From an uncultured virus (IMG/VR IMGVR_UViG_3300030330_005280) (lineage: Duplodnaviria > Heunggongvirae > Uroviricota > Caudoviricetes), in IMG/VR virus record IMGVR_UViG_3300030330_005280, positions 56,777-76,776 of that record: DNA of 20,000 nucleotides; one strand, written 5' to 3'. The position numbers and the translations under genes are program-made. Position 1 is the first letter of the stretch. Every line of letters begins with the position of its first letter. Shown one piece after another: positions 16,601 to 20,000 of the stretch. The notes under the pieces were generated by a model. That model made no database searches. It was given only the letters and a program-made list of their open reading frames with translations, and had not been told where the DNA came from.

Positions 16601-17076
16601 GAGATAAACATTTCTGGTCTGCTGCAATTGTTGATCGTCCAAAAAACCGTAAGAAGTTTGATGAAAACATTGAGACTTATCGACCAGAAGGTTCGTTCAC
16701 AGAAGATGAAAAAATTGGTTTCTTGGCTGATCTAACAGGTATTTTTCCTGTGTCTATGGTTATGTCTGATCATATCATGGCCAAGCTTGATGACAGAGGT
16801 GTGCCACCTATTTCCGAGTATGATCCCGACTTGATGTTTTGTTGGGGGATAGTTCGAGAAGTAACAAAGAAGAAATCAAAGAACGGCAAATATTTTTATA
16901 TTGTCAAACTGATTGACTCTAACTCTGTAGAAACAAAGATTAGATGTTGGGGTGTTGACCCTAACAAAGACTCATTAGCTATCAACAGACCTTACATGTT
17001 GAAGCCAAAGCATTCATTAGATTGGGGTTTCTCAACCTATGGTGCGCTTAACAATACTTGGGCAATATTAATTTAA
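13631..17076 (+). CDS. dnaE: DNA polymerase III alpha subunit (family C); one gene interrupted by an assembly gap
   Basis: PHP domain (NLHAHS, ALTDHG, GVEAY, SACLGG, GDSHY), GPGRGSAAGSLVAY, PDIDYD, SRHAGGVVI, IKFDILGL, FQEQI and GYGFNKSHA, then HhH (GIKGFG) and an OB fold. The frame switch coincides with the 10 Ns at 16249-16258. Confidence 0.95.
16249..16258. other. Assembly gap (10 N)
   Basis: Run of n characters in the sequence. Confidence 1.
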
Positions 17077-17086
17077 AGGAGGAAAT

Positions 17087-17680
17087 ATGCTAAAAAAAGT
17101 AATAAAAAAGATAATAAACAGTCCATCTGTAAATGGTGGTAAGAATCATGAAAAGTTCATAGAATCAGAATTGATTATAGGCGGCTTCAAACAAACAAAG
17201 CTTCCCAAAAAACAGCTTCGTGAATGTATGGATAATATAAATAAAAAACAAAGCAACTACAAGAATGTTTTTGTATCACAACCTTTTGGTTCACAAGGAT
17301 ATCCTGATTTTATTGTATTTGAAGGGGACGGAACCATCAGGGCAGTTGAAGCAAAGAGTTCAAAAGCTGATAAGATAACTTGGAACTCAGGATACCCTCG
17401 AGAAGGTGGGATTTATATTTTTTCATCTGGTAGATACAATAAACAAACTGTCTCGTTAGGCGATGATCTATGGACTACAGAAGAAAGACAGAAACAATTT
17501 CTTATAAGAAAAAAGTGTGAAGAACTTTCAAAAGAACTAAACAAAGAATTTTGTATGAAAGAAAATTATAATAGTGACTTCTATATGAGAGCTATGCATA
17601 ATGATAGTAAAAAGATATATGGAAACGAAGACAGAGAACAAAGAGAGAATAAAGTCTTTGAAACACTTGGAGGTCAATAA
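17087..17680 (+). CDS. Putative PD-(D/E)xK restriction endonuclease
   Basis: 197 aa. N-terminal helix Glu (NHEKFIE), QPFGSQGYPDFIV...AVEAKSSK...WNSG; directly coupled (TAATG) to a DNA methyltransferase. Confidence 0.7.
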   Translation: MLKKVIKKIINSPSVNGGKNHEKFIESELIIGGFKQTKLPKKQLRECMDNINKKQSNYKNVFVSQPFGSQGYPDFIVFEGDGTIRAVEAKSSKADKITWNSGYPREGGIYIFSSGRYNKQTVSLGDDLWTTEERQKQFLIRKKCEELSKELNKEFCMKENYNSDFYMRAMHNDSKKIYGNEDREQRENKVFETLGGQ

Positions 17681-18954
17681 TGTCCCAACTAACAAAGTTA
17701 TCTAAACAATTTTATGAGAATACATCTCTAAAAGATAGAAAGAAGAAAGGACAATATTTTACACCTAAGCAAATTAAAGACGAAAGTTTAAAAGATATTG
17801 TCTTCAATGATGGTGATAAGATATTAGAAAACTCTTGTGGAACTGGTGAGTTTATACACTCTATTCTAGAGAGAAACCCTAATGTATCTATTGATGCATA
17901 TGATATAGATAAAGCACTTGTGGATATAGTACAGCAAAACTATCCAACTGTATCTACCAAGTGTGAAGATTGGCTAAAGATAGATGATGGAGTTAAGTAT
18001 GATAAAATCATTGGTAATCCACCTTATTTTGAACTAAACAAAGAACAAGCAACTTCTAGAGGGTATGAAAGGTTTTTGTCTTATTCTAAAAGTAAGGCTA
18101 ATATATATTCATTTTTTATCATAAAATCAATTGAGTCTTTAAAACAAGGAGGACAATTGATTTATGTAGTCCCCACTTCTATGAACAATGGTCATTCTTT
18201 TTTACCATTGAGACAGTTTATAATAAAGAATTGTAACATAGATAATATAAAAATATATTCCGATGATGATTTTGATAACGCTTTGCAAAACACAATGACT
18301 ATAAAACTTACAAGGTTGAAAGATGGAGAAAGCAATAATGGCAAGTTTATATTTAAAAAAGATAAGATTACAATCTTTTCTGAGAATGTTTCTTCAATTA
18401 AAAAATTGTTTGAAGGAAAACAATCTCTTTTTGAATTAGGTTTTGAAGTAAAAACAGGAACTTACGTTTGGAATCAAAACAAACTATTCATGTCTGATAA
18501 CAACAATGATACCCTTTTGCTGTGGGCATGTAATATAGAAAACAATTGTTTGGTATTGAGTCCAGAAAAACTAAACAAAAAGCTTGAAGAAAATCCAAAG
18601 AAACCAAGGCACGAACAAAAATCACCAGCGTTACAAAAATCTCAATGGGTTAATGGCTGTAAGGATGAAAAAAGAAAACCAATTGTAAATAAATGTATCA
18701 TTGTTAATAGAGTAACTGGTGTTGGAAATAAAGCTTCGATAAAGGCTGCCTTGGTATCTTTAAACAGAGAATTTTATCTAGAAAATCATATTAATTATAT
18801 TACAGCGACTGATAACAGTAAAATGTCTCTAGAAGAATTACATGAGAAACTTATATCAAAAGAAACATCTGAGATATTACGACATATATCAGGAAATACA
18901 CAATTATCAAAAAAAGAATTATTAAATTTAATTCCAATTAAACTTGACAAATAA
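17680..18954 (+). CDS. Amino (likely N6-adenine) DNA methyltransferase, gamma class (TaqI/Eco57I-like)
   Basis: GQYFTP (motif X), LENSCGTGEF (motif I), IIGNPPY (motif IV), followed by a C-terminal target-recognition region. Confidence 0.92.
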   Translation: MSQLTKLSKQFYENTSLKDRKKKGQYFTPKQIKDESLKDIVFNDGDKILENSCGTGEFIHSILERNPNVSIDAYDIDKALVDIVQQNYPTVSTKCEDWLKIDDGVKYDKIIGNPPYFELNKEQATSRGYERFLSYSKSKANIYSFFIIKSIESLKQGGQLIYVVPTSMNNGHSFLPLRQFIIKNCNIDNIKIYSDDDFDNALQNTMTIKLTRLKDGESNNGKFIFKKDKITIFSENVSSIKKLFEGKQSLFELGFEVKTGTYVWNQNKLFMSDNNNDTLLLWACNIENNCLVLSPEKLNKKLEENPKKPRHEQKSPALQKSQWVNGCKDEKRKPIVNKCIIVNRVTGVGNKASIKAALVSLNREFYLENHINYITATDNSKMSLEELHEKLISKETSEILRHISGNTQLSKKELLNLIPIKLDK

Positions 18955-18972
18955 AACAAAACATGTTATAAT
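18944..18972 (+). promoter_or_regulatory. Sigma70-type promoter with extended -10
   Basis: TTGACA (18944-18949), 17 nt, TG at 18964-18965, TATAAT (18967-18972). The -35 lies in the last codons of the methyltransferase gene. Confidence 0.9.
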
Positions 18973-19002
18973 ACATATACATTAAACACAAAGGAGGATT
19001 AT

Positions 19003-19308
19003 ATGTGGAACGATGTAAAAGATAAAATAGTAATGGTTGCCGAATGGGATGACTCTGAGGTTGACAAGGATGAAGCTGGTCACATGATTGACTTTATCAA
19101 ATCTATTAAAGAGTTAAACGATGCGATGCAACCTTTTAAAGATCAACTAAAAGATCTTAAACAAAACTACAAGGAGCAAGAATGGCTTGATGCTAAACAA
19201 CAAAAGATGGCGATGAAGATTTATCGTATGATAGATGATGAAGTAGATTTGTCTGAATTTGTTGACCTTTATCAAGCAGTCAATAAGATTGTTAAAAAGG
19301 AGCAATAA
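19003..19308 (+). CDS. Small helical protein, possibly GapR/T4 DsbA-like dsDNA-binding
   Basis: 101 aa, AGGAGG RBS. FIKSIKELND...KDQLKDLKQNYKE...LDAK...AMKIYRM resembles the GapR/DsbA helix pattern. Confidence 0.5.
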   Translation: MWNDVKDKIVMVAEWDDSEVDKDEAGHMIDFIKSIKELNDAMQPFKDQLKDLKQNYKEQEWLDAKQQKMAMKIYRMIDDEVDLSEFVDLYQAVNKIVKKEQ

Positions 19309-19520
19309 TGAAAAAAGGTTCCTTAATAAAAATCAAAAGAGCCAGTACAGTTCGTCTAGGAGAGCACAACCTAAACAACAAGCTTGCTATTGTACTAAAA
19401 TCTAGAATGATAAAACAGACCAAGTGGCACTTAATTGTATTGTGCCACAATAATAATGAAGAAGCTGTATTTAATTTAAAAGCGGAGGTGATTAATGAAA
19501 GTAAAAGTAATGAAACTTGA
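19308..19520 (+). CDS. Small hypothetical protein, SH3/KOW-like
   Basis: 70 aa, AAGGAG RBS, MKKGSLIKIK...KLAIVL...WHLIVL. Confidence 0.65.
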   Translation: MKKGSLIKIKRASTVRLGEHNLNNKLAIVLKSRMIKQTKWHLIVLCHNNNEEAVFNLKAEVINESKSNET

Positions 19521-19920
19521 TGCGGGAGCAAAAATTCCAAAGTATGCTAAACATGGCGATGCTGGTATGGATCTGTACGCTGTATCTGAATCGTTTGATG
19601 ATCATGGTAACTATGTTTATGGAACAGGCTTAGCCATGGAGATACCTGAGGGACATGTAGGATTAATTTTTCCACGTTCCTCTATTTCCAAGACGGCACA
19701 TTCTCTTCGTAATGCTGTCGGAGTTATTGATTCTGGTTATCGTGGAGAGATTATGATGAAGTATGATATTAATACACTAAACTCACCAGTTTACAAAGTT
19801 GGTGACAGAATAGCACAAATCATAATTTTGCCTTATCCTCAAATAGAGTTTGAAGAAGCCTGGGAGCTTTCAAAAACCCAAAGAGGTAAAGGTGGATTTG
19901 GCTCATCAGGTACTAATTAA
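19495..19920 (+). CDS. dut: Trimeric dUTP pyrophosphatase
   Basis: GDAGMDL, IFPRSS, GVIDSGYRGEI, GDRIAQ and RGKGGFGSSG motifs. Confidence 0.97.
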   Translation: MKVKVMKLDAGAKIPKYAKHGDAGMDLYAVSESFDDHGNYVYGTGLAMEIPEGHVGLIFPRSSISKTAHSLRNAVGVIDSGYRGEIMMKYDINTLNSPVYKVGDRIAQIIILPYPQIEFEEAWELSKTQRGKGGFGSSGTN

Positions 19921-19923
19921 TAT

Positions 19924-20000
19924 ATGTCTGAACATAAAAAGAAGAAAATTCAATTTACTGATACCGACATAAGACATGCGCAACTTAAAATTAGGCTTGA
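19924..20000 (+). CDS. Hypothetical protein, 3' partial
   Basis: MSEHKKKKIQFTDTDIRHAQLKIRL..., open to the window end. No SD; ATG lies 4 nt after ACTAATTA. Confidence 0.6.
   Translation, partial: MSEHKKKKIQFTDTDIRHAQLKIRL

Noticed and set aside
273..19540. All minus-strand ORFs in the track
   Set aside because: They are short, lie antisense to well-supported + strand genes or promoters, and show no recognisable motifs.
1..20000. CRISPR array, tRNA/rRNA genes, transposases, stop-codon reassignment
   Set aside because: No regularly spaced repeats, cloverleafs or transposase motifs were seen. Conserved genes are full-length in the standard code and end in TAA, TGA or TAG.

Overview
Dense, AT-rich window in which every credible gene lies on the + strand. 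It most likely comes from a large (jumbo-type) dsDNA bacteriophage using the standard genetic code. It carries nucleotide-metabolism and replication genes (C-terminus of a class II ribonucleotide reductase, thyX, dut, an adenosine-deaminase-family enzyme, uvsE, and a dnaE split only by a 10-N assembly gap), a protein-quality-control set (GroES-like, J-domain, ClpS, Hsp20), a putative restriction-modification pair and many small hypothetical genes. Two regulatory layers are visible: six near-consensus sigma70-type promoters (CTTGACA...-10) and a recurrent ACTANTTA octamer that looks like a phage late promoter. The most notable unexplained signals are (i) a shared N-terminal leader (MKLTKQ..LI.EE) on several proteins downstream of the octamer, a candidate capsid-targeting system; (ii) a ROSE-like RNA thermometer on hsp20; (iii) an unannotated 22-aa, 8-Cys metallothionein-like peptide, followed by a dual-coding region with an A_AAA_AAG + stem-loop -1 frameshift signal; and (iv) a coupled clpS-adenosine deaminase pair. 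All family calls come from motif recognition by eye; no database search was run.
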